Assembly: GCA_034927345.1 (NCBI GenBank)
Contig: JAYFQE010000016.1
Coordinates: 41,472 to 105,471, forward strand
Source of the DNA: Clostridiaceae bacterium
Lineage (GTDB): Bacteria; Bacillota; Clostridia; Saccharofermentanales; UBA5734
Length of the DNA stretch: 64,000 bases
Direction of reading: 5' to 3'
The translations under genes were made by a program, and so were the position numbers. The notes under the pieces were generated by a model that ran no database searches, was not told where the DNA came from, and saw nothing but the letters and a program-made list of their open reading frames with translations. Of this stretch, positions 19,453-29,769 are shown piece by piece; position 1 is the stretch's first letter; each line of letters starts with the position of its first letter.

Positions 19453-21611
19453 AGGACAATCGGGATAAGAAGGGTAAGCAACCCGTACAGCAGGAGGAAC
19501 AGCTGCCGCCTTATTTAAATCGGGAACTCAGCTGGCTCGAGTTTAATGACCGGGTTTTGGAAGAAGCGCGGGATAAGCAGAATCCCCTTTTGGAACGATT
19601 GAAATTTCTGGCGATAACCTGTTCCAATCTCGATGAATTCTTTATGATCCGGGTAGCTTCATTGAAGGATCTGGTTAACGCCGGCTTCGACCAGCCTGAC
19701 CCGGCCGGGATGAATCCGCAGCAACAGCTGACCGCCATATCCGAACGGACTCATCAGATGGTGACCCGGCAATATTCGACCTATAATCGTGCAATGCTGC
19801 CTGGTCTGGCTAAACAGAACATCCGGATTCTGAATGCCGCGGAACTGACAGATGAACAAAAAGCGTATACGGCGCATTATTTCCGTTCAACGATTTTTCC
19901 GATTCTGACGCCGATGGCCGTCGATGCGGCCAGACCTTTTCCTTTGATCAGCAACCGGTCGCTTAATTTGTGTGTTCGTATCGACCGAATCCGTGAAGGA
20001 CAAGAAGAAGCGGAACCCGATTTTGCGATTATCCAGGTTCCGTCTGTTGTATCCAGATTGGTCGGTCTGCCTTCTGCGGCAGGCCAGGAAGACAGCCAAG
20101 AATATATCCTGCTGGAAGATGTCATCCGGATGTATCTTGACCAGCTGTTCAGCGGTGTTTCGCTGGGACCGGCCGGTTGTTTCCGGATCATGCGCAATGC
20201 TGACCTGGATCTGGATGAAGAAGACGCCGCCGATTTATTGAAACAAATCGAGAAGCAGCTAAAAATGCGCCAGTGGGGTGAAGTGATCCGGCTGGAAGTG
20301 GAAGACGATTTTGATGAAGCTTTATTAAGACGCCTGATTGCTGAATTGGATATCGACAGCCCGGATATTTATTTGATCAATGGTCCGCTGGACTTAACTT
20401 TCCTTAATCGTCTCTACAGTCTGACCCGGCGCGCCGATCTGCGATATCCCGAATATGACCCGCAGCCCAGCCCGCAAACGGAATCGGAGGATATTTTTTC
20501 GGCGATCCGGCAGCATGATATCCTGCTGCATCATCCTTATGAGTGTTTTGATCCGGTCATCCAGCTGGTACGCAGCGCAGCCGAAGATCCGGAAGTTCTG
20601 GCTATCAAGCAGACCCTGTACCGGGTCAGCGGCAATTCGCCGATCGTACGTTGTCTGGCTGATGCCGCCGAACGGGGCAAACAGGTCATGGTGCTGGTGG
20701 AATTGAAAGCCCGTTTCGACGAGGAGAATAATATCCATTGGGCCCGTAAGCTGGAACAGGCGGGCTGCCATGTTATTTACGGCTTGGTCGGATTGAAGAC
20801 GCATAGCAAAATCACATTGGTTGTCCGGCGGGATGAAGACGGCATCCGGCGGTATGTCCATCTGGGAACCGGCAATTACAATGACTTGACCGCGCGTTTT
20901 TATACCGACTTGGGCTTGATGACCTGTTCGGAGAGTATCGGTCATGATGCGTCGGCTTTCTTCAACATGTTGTCCGGCTATTCGGCGCCGCAAAGTTGGT
21001 ATAAGTTGATTCCGGCGCCTTTCTGGCTTCGGGGCGAACTGGATAAAAGGATCGAACAGGAAATCCGCCTGGCTAAAGCCGGCAGGTCGGCCCGGATTAT
21101 CGTCAAAACAAACGCTCTTGTCGACAGTCCATTAATAGACAAGCTCTATCTGGCTTCGCAAGCCGGCGTGAAAATCGATTTGATTGTGCGGGGTGTATGT
21201 TGTTTGCGGCCTGGCGTGCCGGGTCTTTCGGAGCATATAACCGTCCGCAGCATTATCGGCCGTTTTCTGGAACACAGCAGAATCTTTTATTTCTACAATG
21301 ATGGCCAGGAGGACTTGTTTCTGTCCAGTGCCGACTGGATGCCGCGTAATCTGGACCGGCGCGTTGAACTGATGTTCCCGATTGAAGATCCGGCGATCTG
21401 GCAGCGGATTATGGATATTTTAACAATACAGCTGGCCGATACCGACCGGGCCCGGATCATGCTGCCAAACGGCAGGTATGTGCGGGTCGACAAGCGGGGC
21501 AAATCCCATCTGAACTGCCAGGAATATTTATGCCGCGCGGCAATCGAAGCAGCGCAGCATAAACAAGATGAACCGGTTGATTTTCATTTGAAGCCGGCGG
21601 AGCCTGATTAA
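19449..21611 (+). CDS. ppk1: Polyphosphate kinase 1
   Basis: NRELSWLEFN, HHPYE, ELKARFDE, KTHSK and SADWMPRN. Confidence 0.95.
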   Translation: MKDNRDKKGKQPVQQEEQLPPYLNRELSWLEFNDRVLEEARDKQNPLLERLKFLAITCSNLDEFFMIRVASLKDLVNAGFDQPDPAGMNPQQQLTAISERTHQMVTRQYSTYNRAMLPGLAKQNIRILNAAELTDEQKAYTAHYFRSTIFPILTPMAVDAARPFPLISNRSLNLCVRIDRIREGQEEAEPDFAIIQVPSVVSRLVGLPSAAGQEDSQEYILLEDVIRMYLDQLFSGVSLGPAGCFRIMRNADLDLDEEDAADLLKQIEKQLKMRQWGEVIRLEVEDDFDEALLRRLIAELDIDSPDIYLINGPLDLTFLNRLYSLTRRADLRYPEYDPQPSPQTESEDIFSAIRQHDILLHHPYECFDPVIQLVRSAAEDPEVLAIKQTLYRVSGNSPIVRCLADAAERGKQVMVLVELKARFDEENNIHWARKLEQAGCHVIYGLVGLKTHSKITLVVRRDEDGIRRYVHLGTGNYNDLTARFYTDLGLMTCSESIGHDASAFFNMLSGYSAPQSWYKLIPAPFWLRGELDKRIEQEIRLAKAGRSARIIVKTNALVDSPLIDKLYLASQAGVKIDLIVRGVCCLRPGVPGLSEHITVRSIIGRFLEHSRIFYFYNDGQEDLFLSSADWMPRNLDRRVELMFPIEDPAIWQRIMDILTIQLADTDRARIMLPNGRYVRVDKRGKSHLNCQEYLCRAAIEAAQHKQDEPVDFHLKPAEPD

Positions 21612-21958
21612 CCGGCAGATTCTGTCGCGGATCCGGTTGAACCGTCGGTATTGGTTCCCGGAATCAGCGTATCGGATGTGCTGGTTTCGGTGACATTTGA
21701 AAAATAATCTTCAGGAATAACAAAACGGACCAGAAGGTAACTGATGATGCCCAATATGATAAACATGCCGATAATGACCAACGCAGACCAGAAACAGCCT
21801 AAGGTTGTACCCTTAAACAAATCCTTGCGGCGTTGCTTTTTTTGCTCCCGCGTCAGGGGAACCCGGTTGTTTGGATTGGACGAATATAGGAAAGCACCGC
21901 ATTTTTTACAAACGCTTTTGCCCTTAGGATTATCGGTTCCGCATTTGGAACATTTCAT
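21608..21958 (-). CDS. Zinc-ribbon membrane protein
   Basis: CxxC-x10-CxxC, one TM segment and an S/T-rich tail; GGAGG RBS. Confidence 0.75.
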   Translation of the reverse strand: MKCSKCGTDNPKGKSVCKKCGAFLYSSNPNNRVPLTREQKKQRRKDLFKGTTLGCFWSALVIIGMFIILGIISYLLVRFVIPEDYFSNVTETSTSDTLIPGTNTDGSTGSATESAG

Positions 21959-22203
21959 AAATTTGTGAAGACCTCCTGTAATTTGAGTGTTCACTTTGAT
22001 AATAACGTTTATACACCATCGGGCTGCTTTTGTACAGCAAAGGCGATTGGCAGACGCTTTTGGAACGATTTTGGACCGCCGGATATATGCGGCGACATTG
22101 ACAGATGAGGCGGCAGGATGCTAAATTTACAGGATAGCTGTCATGAAGCAGGATAGATTGCAGCCCGAGGACCTTGTTGATGCCAAAGGCGGAAGGAGCA
22201 GAT

Positions 22204-23934
22204 ATGGATTTTCGTATTCAAATCGTTGACTGGCTGGCCCGGACCACCGGACTGACGGCGAACCAGATCGATGAGTGGCTGGAGATTCCGCCACAATCGG
22301 AGCTCGGCGATTATGCTTTCCCTTGTTTTCGTTTAGCCCGCACCCTGCATAAGGCGCCGGTTGAAATAGCCAAAGAACTGGCAGCGGGAGCAGAACAAAA
22401 ACTGGAAAATATGGAGCGTGTTCAGGCTGTCAACGGATATTTGAATTTTTTTATTGATCGCCGCCGGTATACCGGCCAGGTTGTCAGACAGACTTTGGAA
22501 GCCGGAGAGCATTTGGGACAGTCTGACGAAGGGCAGGGGAAAACCGTCATTATCGAGTTTTCGTCGCCTAATATTGCTAAGCCTTTCCATATCGGCCATG
22601 CTTTTACCACAATTCTCGGTCATGCGCTGTATAAAATTTACGACCGGCTCGGTTATCAGACTGTACGTATGAACCATCTGGGCGATTATGGCACCCAGTT
22701 TGGCAAATTGATCGTTGCTTATCGTTTATGGGGTGACGAACAAGCGCTCGAGAAAAATCCGATCCAGGAACTGCTGCGGATCTATGTTCATTTTCATGAT
22801 GTGGCGAAAGAAAAGCCGGAACTAGAGGAGCAAGCCCGGGATGCCTTCCGCCGTCTCGAAGCCGGGGAAGCAGACGAAATGGCTCTGTGGCAGCGTTTCC
22901 GCGACTTGAGCCTGAAAGAATTCGCTGCAGTTTATCAGCGCCTGGGCGTGTCGTTTGACAATTATAACGGCGAGAGCTTCTATTCTGACCGCATTCCGGC
23001 CGTTATCGACCTGCTGAAAAAGAATAACCTGTTGATTGAAAGTCAGGGCGCTCAGGTTGTTATGCTTGATGAATACGGTTTGCCGCCCTGCATCATTTTA
23101 AAATCCGACGGCACGACGATTTATGCTTCCCGTGATATCGCCGCCGTTTTATACCGGATTGAAAAATATCATTTCTATAAAAACATATATGTCGTCGGTA
23201 CGCCGCAAGCGCTGCATTTCAAACAAGTCTTTTCCGTGCTGGCCAAAGCCGGCATACCGGAGTCGGCGGATTGCGTGCATGTCGGATTCGGCCTGGTCAA
23301 GTTTCCCGATAGAAAACTTTCCACACGCAGCGGCGACGTAATCTTCCTTTCCGACCTGCTGAGCGAAAGTGTTGAAAAGACCCTGGAGATTATCCGTCAG
23401 AATGCCCAGCTCCGTCAGACCGACATGAGTGAAGAAGAAATGCGGCAAATTGCTGAGAAAATCGGCCTGGGCGCGGTGACTTATACTTTCCTGAAGAACG
23501 GCCGTGAACGGGACATCATATTTTCCTGGCAGGAAATGCTCGATTTCGAGGGCGATTCGGCGCCTTATGTCCAGTATACCTATGCCAGAGCACGCAGTAT
23601 TTTGCGTAAAGCAAATCTGGATGATCAAGCGGCCGACCTGCAACAGCAGGATCTGGAATTATTGGCAACCGATGATGAATTTGCCCTGGCCAAATTGCTC
23701 GACGGCTTTGGCGCTTCGATACAGAAAGCCGCTGAACTTTATGAACCCTATATTTTAGTACGCCAGATCACGGCATTGGCCAGAGCCTTTAATAAATATT
23801 ACAATCATGAACCGATTTTGGGGACAGAAAACCAGGCTTTGCGCCGGGCGCGTCTGGCTATGCTGCAGGCTGTGTGTCTGGCCATCAGGACCGGTTTGAA
23901 TCTGGTAGGTATTGAAGCGGTTGAACGGATGTGA
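22204..23934 (+). CDS. argS: Arginine--tRNA ligase
   Basis: SSPNIAKPFHIGH, GDYGTQFG and KLSTR; ends in ..ERM. Confidence 0.95.
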   Translation: MDFRIQIVDWLARTTGLTANQIDEWLEIPPQSELGDYAFPCFRLARTLHKAPVEIAKELAAGAEQKLENMERVQAVNGYLNFFIDRRRYTGQVVRQTLEAGEHLGQSDEGQGKTVIIEFSSPNIAKPFHIGHAFTTILGHALYKIYDRLGYQTVRMNHLGDYGTQFGKLIVAYRLWGDEQALEKNPIQELLRIYVHFHDVAKEKPELEEQARDAFRRLEAGEADEMALWQRFRDLSLKEFAAVYQRLGVSFDNYNGESFYSDRIPAVIDLLKKNNLLIESQGAQVVMLDEYGLPPCIILKSDGTTIYASRDIAAVLYRIEKYHFYKNIYVVGTPQALHFKQVFSVLAKAGIPESADCVHVGFGLVKFPDRKLSTRSGDVIFLSDLLSESVEKTLEIIRQNAQLRQTDMSEEEMRQIAEKIGLGAVTYTFLKNGRERDIIFSWQEMLDFEGDSAPYVQYTYARARSILRKANLDDQAADLQQQDLELLATDDEFALAKLLDGFGASIQKAAELYEPYILVRQITALARAFNKYYNHEPILGTENQALRRARLAMLQAVCLAIRTGLNLVGIEAVERM

Positions 23935-23940
23935 TCGATA

Positions 23941-25638
23941 ATGCCGGCGGAAGGCTGCCTGCCTTTTGCAAAAATCACATATCAGCGGGCTGATTTTACA
24001 AAAGTCAGTCTGGATATGCGGCACGCCAGGCTGCATTTACGTCTGGCGCTCAATCCGGCCGGCGCTGTTGAGGCTGTCCGGGAAATGCAGGTTGTCATGC
24101 GCCATTATCAAACGATGGCTTCGCTGGCGCAAATTCGTCACGACCAGCAGACCGGCCATCCATATTATGCCGCTGAGCAGGCGTATTATGATCAGGCCGA
24201 CGCACAATACAATCAACAACTGCAGCAATTTTACGCCGCTTTGCTGAATTCGCGCTACCGGCCTGTTCTGGAAAAAACGTTCGGGACTCATATCTTTATA
24301 AAAGCCGAAAATCACCGGCGCATTGTCCAGCCGGAAATTGTTCAGGAACTGGCGTTGGAAAATCAATTAATATCCCGGTACGAGCAGAGAATGGCCGGAT
24401 TATCTGTTGATTACCAAGGTCAGAGCCTGTCGCTGGCTCAGCTTGAGCCGTATCTGGAATCGCCTGATCGCATGGTTCGCCAGTCGGCTCATCTGGCGAT
24501 GGCGCAAGCCCTGCAAACCCAGTCCGGCGCACTGGACCAGCTTTTTGATCAATTATCGTCTGTCCGGCAATCGATCAGCCGGAAATTGGGTTTTACCCAT
24601 TTTACCGACTTGGGTTACCGGCGGATGGAACGCTTTGATTATCGCCGGGATCAGATCGAACATTTGCGTGAAAATATCCTGCGCTATATTGTGCCGGTGA
24701 CCCAGGAGATCCGCCGCCTGCAAAAACGGCGGCTGAAACTGGATCGCCTCTATTATTATGATTTGCCCTGCCTTTTTCCGGAGGGCAATCCGAAATTACA
24801 GATCAGACCGGAGGATCTGGCGCCGGCGGCAGGCCGTGTTATGAGCCGCCTGACCGGACAGGATCCGTCCTTTTTGCAGATAATGGTCGACGGAGGTTAT
24901 CTGGATGTTGCCGCGCGGCCGGAAAAGGTGCAGGGCGGTTACTGCGAGACCCTTTATGAACCGGCGATGCCGTTCATTCTGCTCAATGCCGCCGGAACTG
25001 CGCAGGATGTTTCTACGCTGGTGCATGAAACCGGCCACGCTTATGCCGCGCTATGCAGTTTAAAAGATCAGAAGCTACTTGAATACCATCATCCGACTCT
25101 GGAAACCTGCGAGATTCATTCCACCGCCATGGAATATCTGACTTATCCGTATATGGACGTTTTTTTTGGCGCGGCAGCCCCGGCTTACAGACAGATGCAT
25201 TTGACGCAAGCTCTATTGTTTTTACCTTATGGCTGTCTGGTCGATGAATTTCAACATCGGATCTATGACGAACCCCAGTTGTCGGCGGCCGGCCGGAATC
25301 AAATCTGGCTGGAGCTGGAAAAGAAATATCAGCCGGATCTGGATTATGAACAGGCGCCGTTTTTCTCCGAAGGCCGAGCCTGGCAGAAAAAAGAACATGT
25401 GTACACATCGCCTTTCTATTATATTGATTACGTCCTGGCTCAGCTGGCGGCCCTGGATCTCTGGCGGACCGCCCGCAGCGACGCCCCGGCAGCCTGGGCC
25501 AAGTATGACCGACTCTGCGGGCTGGGCGGTACAGATACCTTTTTACATCTGCTGCAGCAGGCCGGCCTGCCGTCGCCATTCGACACCGGGACAATCAAGC
25601 GGTTGGCATACGCGGTATGTGATGAATTATCTTTATAA
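23941..25638 (+). CDS. M3-family oligoendopeptidase
   Basis: HETGH zinc motif, EIHS, PFYYIDY. Confidence 0.9.
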   Translation: MPAEGCLPFAKITYQRADFTKVSLDMRHARLHLRLALNPAGAVEAVREMQVVMRHYQTMASLAQIRHDQQTGHPYYAAEQAYYDQADAQYNQQLQQFYAALLNSRYRPVLEKTFGTHIFIKAENHRRIVQPEIVQELALENQLISRYEQRMAGLSVDYQGQSLSLAQLEPYLESPDRMVRQSAHLAMAQALQTQSGALDQLFDQLSSVRQSISRKLGFTHFTDLGYRRMERFDYRRDQIEHLRENILRYIVPVTQEIRRLQKRRLKLDRLYYYDLPCLFPEGNPKLQIRPEDLAPAAGRVMSRLTGQDPSFLQIMVDGGYLDVAARPEKVQGGYCETLYEPAMPFILLNAAGTAQDVSTLVHETGHAYAALCSLKDQKLLEYHHPTLETCEIHSTAMEYLTYPYMDVFFGAAAPAYRQMHLTQALLFLPYGCLVDEFQHRIYDEPQLSAAGRNQIWLELEKKYQPDLDYEQAPFFSEGRAWQKKEHVYTSPFYYIDYVLAQLAALDLWRTARSDAPAAWAKYDRLCGLGGTDTFLHLLQQAGLPSPFDTGTIKRLAYAVCDELSL

Positions 25639-25656
25639 CAAAAGGAGTCACCTGAT

Positions 25657-27147
25657 TTGTTAAATTTGCCGGATTCTTTTATCCTTGAGATGAAGTCCTT
25701 GTTTGAAACATTTGACCGCCTTTCTGAATGGCCTTCTTTTTTAGCTGCCTTTCAACAAACACCGGTTTTGGGTATTCGGTCCAATACCCTGAAGATTGCC
25801 GGTCCGGATCTGCAGCGCTGTTTAATCCGCGAAACCGGATTGCCGGAAAGCGAATTCGAACCGGTTCCCTGGGCTGAGGGCGGCTTTTATTATCCGGAAA
25901 ACCTGCAGCCTGGAAAATTCCCGGCTTATGCCGCCGGCCTTTACTATATTCAGGAACCCAGCGCGATGCTGCCGGCGCAAGTTCTGGCGGTGGCTCCCGG
26001 ACAGCGTGTTCTCGATCTATGTGCGGCGCCGGGCGGCAAAGCTACGCGGATTGCCGCCGATTTGCAGGGCGGCGGCTTATTATGGGCTAATGAAATATCC
26101 GCCGAACGGGCCCGGGCATTGTTACGCAATCTCGAATTGTCCGGCTGTCCTAAAGCCATAATAACCCAGGAAACGCCGGAACGCCTGGCGGCGGTTCTAC
26201 CAGGATATTTTGACCGGATTTTAGTTGACGCGCCTTGTTCGGGGTCCGGCATGTTCCGCCGGGATCCGGCAGCCATAAAAAGCTGGCTGGCATATGGCAG
26301 CGCGCCCTGCGCCGAATTGCAGCGCAGTATCCTGGAAGCAGCCTGGACGATGCTGACGCCGGGCGGCCGTCTGGTTTATTCAACCTGTTCTTTTTCACTG
26401 GCAGAAAATGAGGCGGTGATCGCCGCCTTTTACGCAAGCCATACCGATTGCCGGATCTTGCCGGTTGGTTCCAGGCCAGGTGTGGCGGAAGGATTGCCTT
26501 TAACGCCGGAAACAAGGAAAACAGCAAGAATCTGGCCGCATCTGACCCGCGGCGAAGGCCATTTCTGCGCTTTGCTGGAGAAAATAGCTCATGCTGACGT
26601 CGAAACAGTTTGGGCGCCCTTTATACCGGCCGAAGGACCTAAAGACGCCTGGGCCGCGTTTATGCTGTTCTGCCGGCAGAATTTAACGGAGAGCGGGCTG
26701 AATAAAATCGATACCTGGCTGTCGGCAGGTTATCGCCGCCTGGAACAACAGCATCTGCACATCCTTCCGGCCTGTCCCGCCGGTTTATCCGGCTTGAAAC
26801 GCGTTAAAACAGGTCTTTTCCTCGGCCAGGTAAAAGAACTGCGGCGCGGCGGCTATGTCTTCGAACCGTCAGAAGCGTTTATCCTCAGTTTATCAGCTGT
26901 GGACTTGCAAAGAGTTGTTTCCGGTGATAGTACGAGTGATCTGCTCCGGCGTTATTTACGCGGCGAAACCCTTGAACCGCCATATCCGGGACTAGATGCC
27001 GGGGAATCGGCGGCCTGGCCGGCCGGCGCGTATGCCGCTGTCGCAATCGCCGGCGGGGAGCGTTTATGGCCTTTGGGGTGGGCGCGATCGATCACGCCGC
27101 CACTGTTAAAAAATTTATATCCACAAGGATGGAGACGATCATCATGA
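25657..27147 (+). CDS. RsmB/RsmF (NOL1/NOP2) rRNA m5C methyltransferase
   Basis: YIQEPSAM, DLCAAPGGK, DAPCSG and YSTC; TTG start. Confidence 0.9.
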   Translation: MLNLPDSFILEMKSLFETFDRLSEWPSFLAAFQQTPVLGIRSNTLKIAGPDLQRCLIRETGLPESEFEPVPWAEGGFYYPENLQPGKFPAYAAGLYYIQEPSAMLPAQVLAVAPGQRVLDLCAAPGGKATRIAADLQGGGLLWANEISAERARALLRNLELSGCPKAIITQETPERLAAVLPGYFDRILVDAPCSGSGMFRRDPAAIKSWLAYGSAPCAELQRSILEAAWTMLTPGGRLVYSTCSFSLAENEAVIAAFYASHTDCRILPVGSRPGVAEGLPLTPETRKTARIWPHLTRGEGHFCALLEKIAHADVETVWAPFIPAEGPKDAWAAFMLFCRQNLTESGLNKIDTWLSAGYRRLEQQHLHILPACPAGLSGLKRVKTGLFLGQVKELRRGGYVFEPSEAFILSLSAVDLQRVVSGDSTSDLLRRYLRGETLEPPYPGLDAGESAAWPAGAYAAVAIAGGERLWPLGWARSITPPLLKNLYPQGWRRSS

Positions 27148-27785
27148 TTAGCGGGGCAATGGAGAAAAGCAACTGCAGGCCTGCGATTATACCGCAGAAA
27201 ATAATTTTGGCCAGCGCCAATCCGGACAAAGCAAAAGAATTTCAGAAAATGCTTCCGGAGAATTTGTACCAGGTGATCCCTATGCATGAAGCCGGATTTT
27301 CCGATGCTATTGAGGAAAACGGCGCCAGTTATCAGGAAAATGCGCTTATCAAAGCCAGAGCGGTATTTAGCCGGTTGGGCGGTTTGGTTCTGGCTGATGA
27401 TTCAGGCCTGTCTATCGATGTTTTGCAAGGCGCGCCGGGTCTCTATTCCGCCCGTTTTGCCGGCGAAGGCGCCGACTATCCGACGAAAATTTCTTGCCTT
27501 TACCGCTATCTGCGGCCATGGCCGCCGAATGAATGGCTGGCGTCCTTTGTCTGCGCGCTGGCTCTGATTAAGCCTGACGGCAGTGAAATAACCGTTGTTC
27601 GGGAATGCCGGGGCCTGATCGCGCCGCACCCCCGCGGCAGCAACGGCTTTGGTTATGATCCGATTTTTCTGCTGCCGGACCGGGGAAAGACGATGGCTGA
27701 ATTGCCTGAAGATGAGAAAAATGAAATCAGTCATCGCGGTCAAGCCTTGCGTGCTTTAGCCAGCCTGCTGCTTGACCGGGATTAA
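27144..27785 (+). CDS. rdgB: Non-canonical purine NTP pyrophosphatase
   Basis: ADDSGL, PGLYSAR, GFGYDPIF and SHRG. Confidence 0.92.
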   Translation: MISGAMEKSNCRPAIIPQKIILASANPDKAKEFQKMLPENLYQVIPMHEAGFSDAIEENGASYQENALIKARAVFSRLGGLVLADDSGLSIDVLQGAPGLYSARFAGEGADYPTKISCLYRYLRPWPPNEWLASFVCALALIKPDGSEITVVRECRGLIAPHPRGSNGFGYDPIFLLPDRGKTMAELPEDEKNEISHRGQALRALASLLLDRD

Positions 27786-27919
27786 AGCTCGTGGTATAGT
27801 ATCCTTCACGGACGATTGTTTTTTCGAGACGGACAAACACGGCCTTAGACATCAAACGAAGCAGCGCAGCGATTAAACGGTACTGTTGGGTTTGAATAAA
27901 ACAGAAGGAGTCAGACTAA

Positions 27920-28357
27920 ATGGACAGTGAATTTTATCTTGTCAAATCAGATATGCTGCCGGAAGTGTTCCTGAAAGTTATGGCTGTCAAAAGGCTCCTG
28001 AATTCCGGCAAAGCCGAATCTGTCAATGAAGCCGTACAGAAAGTCGGTTTGAGCCGCAGCGCCTATTATAAATATAAGGATGCTGTCCTGCCCTTTTATG
28101 AAACGTCACGTGGCCGATTGGTTACATTGATTTTCGCCGTCGAGAATTTTCCCGGCATCTTGTCCGGGATTATCAATTGCATGGCCCGGGTTAAGGCTAA
28201 TATTCTGACCATCAATCAGAATATTCCCATCAACGGCCTGGCCGATGTTTCCATATCTGTGGAAACCGACCGCATGACCGTGGATCTGGAGAATCTGCTT
28301 GACGAATTGAGCAAAATACCCGGCGTGCGTTCTTACCGCATTTTGGCGCGCGATTGA
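27920..28357 (+). CDS. HTH-ACT protein (ThrR/PheB-like regulator)
   Basis: LPEVF..SRSAYYKYKD..NILTINQNIP; upstream of hom. Confidence 0.85.
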   Translation: MDSEFYLVKSDMLPEVFLKVMAVKRLLNSGKAESVNEAVQKVGLSRSAYYKYKDAVLPFYETSRGRLVTLIFAVENFPGILSGIINCMARVKANILTINQNIPINGLADVSISVETDRMTVDLENLLDELSKIPGVRSYRILARD

Positions 28358-28419
28358 GTCTGACGGCGGTTTGCAGTCATGAAACAGTGAGGTTATGAGC
28401 TGTTGCGAGGAGGATCTGT

Positions 28420-29652
28420 ATGATAGAGATAGCCATATTGGGATATGGGGTAGTCGGTTCGGGTGTTGCCGAAGTATGCCGCATGAATCAGGATATGATC
28501 CGGAAAAGGGCCGGCGAACAAATCCATATCAAGAAAATTCTGGACATTCGCGATTTCCCCGGCGATCCATATGCCGACCGGATCACGCATGATCAGGATG
28601 ATATCTTTTTAGATCCGCAAATATCGGTGGTTGTGGAAACCATCGGCGGAGCAGGCATGGCCTATCAGCTGAGCTGCCGCGCATTGGAAGCAGGCAAGCA
28701 TGTCGTGACATCAAACAAGGAACTGGTGGCAACTTATGGACCCGAGCTGATGAAACTGGCTCAGGAAAAGGGTGTCAGCTATATGTTTGAGGCCAGTGTC
28801 GGCGGCGGTATACCGATTATCCGCCCTTTGCACAAATGTCTGTCGGCCAATGTCGTGAAGACAATTATCGGCATCCTGAACGGCACAACCAACTATATCC
28901 TGACCCGTATGGATCAGGACGGCATTGATTTTGCCAAGGCGCTTCTCGAAGCTCAGGCTCAGGGTTATGCCGAACAAAATCCGACCGCCGATATAGAAGG
29001 CATAGACGCATGCCGTAAAATTGCTATTTTAGGCAGTATTACTTTAGGTGAATATATTGACTGCCGTTTGATATATACCGAAGGGATATCCAACATCACT
29101 GCAGCCGATTTTTTATATGCCAAAGCTTTACAGAGCAAAATCAAACTGATCGGACGTTTCCGCAGACATGATAATGGCACAGCCGATCTGATCGTCGCTC
29201 CTATGCTGATCTTGCGCGATCATCCGGTCGCCGTGGCGGATGGCGTGTTCAACGCCATTATGGTGGAAGGCAATGCCCTGGGCGAAGCCATGTTCTACGG
29301 CCGTGGAGCCGGAAAACTCCCAACGGCCAGCGCCGTTGTCGCCGATGTGATCGAATGTGCCATGCACATTAACCGGGTCCCCCATTTGATTCCCTGGAAT
29401 CGTTCCGAAAGGCAGATTGTCCTGCCGCACGGCGATTGCCCGGTCAAAGCCTTGATCCGGCTCAAAGCGGATTTACCGGCAGTACAGGTTGAATCGGCAT
29501 TTGCTGCCTATGGCTTGCAAAAAACCGAGCCGGCCAATAAATCTGAGCAAGCCTGGCTGGTCGGCCTGAACGGCACATTATCTGAAGATATGCTGTCCGC
29601 GCGGCTCGATGCGTTTGGCGAGCAAACGATAAGCCGGTTAAGAATACTATAA
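28420..29652 (+). CDS. hom: Homoserine dehydrogenase
   Basis: GYGVVG, EASVGGGIP, NGTTNYIL and GRGAG..PTASAV. Confidence 0.93.
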   Translation: MIEIAILGYGVVGSGVAEVCRMNQDMIRKRAGEQIHIKKILDIRDFPGDPYADRITHDQDDIFLDPQISVVVETIGGAGMAYQLSCRALEAGKHVVTSNKELVATYGPELMKLAQEKGVSYMFEASVGGGIPIIRPLHKCLSANVVKTIIGILNGTTNYILTRMDQDGIDFAKALLEAQAQGYAEQNPTADIEGIDACRKIAILGSITLGEYIDCRLIYTEGISNITAADFLYAKALQSKIKLIGRFRRHDNGTADLIVAPMLILRDHPVAVADGVFNAIMVEGNALGEAMFYGRGAGKLPTASAVVADVIECAMHINRVPHLIPWNRSERQIVLPHGDCPVKALIRLKADLPAVQVESAFAAYGLQKTEPANKSEQAWLVGLNGTLSEDMLSARLDAFGEQTISRLRIL

Positions 29653-29769
29653 AAAATACAAATAGCCCCATACCAATAAACTCCTTTCCATGATATAATA
29701 TTCCGGCAATACCTTCGTCTGTGTATTTTCAGGATATACGTGTCTATCAGCAGGGAAGGAGACCGCTTG

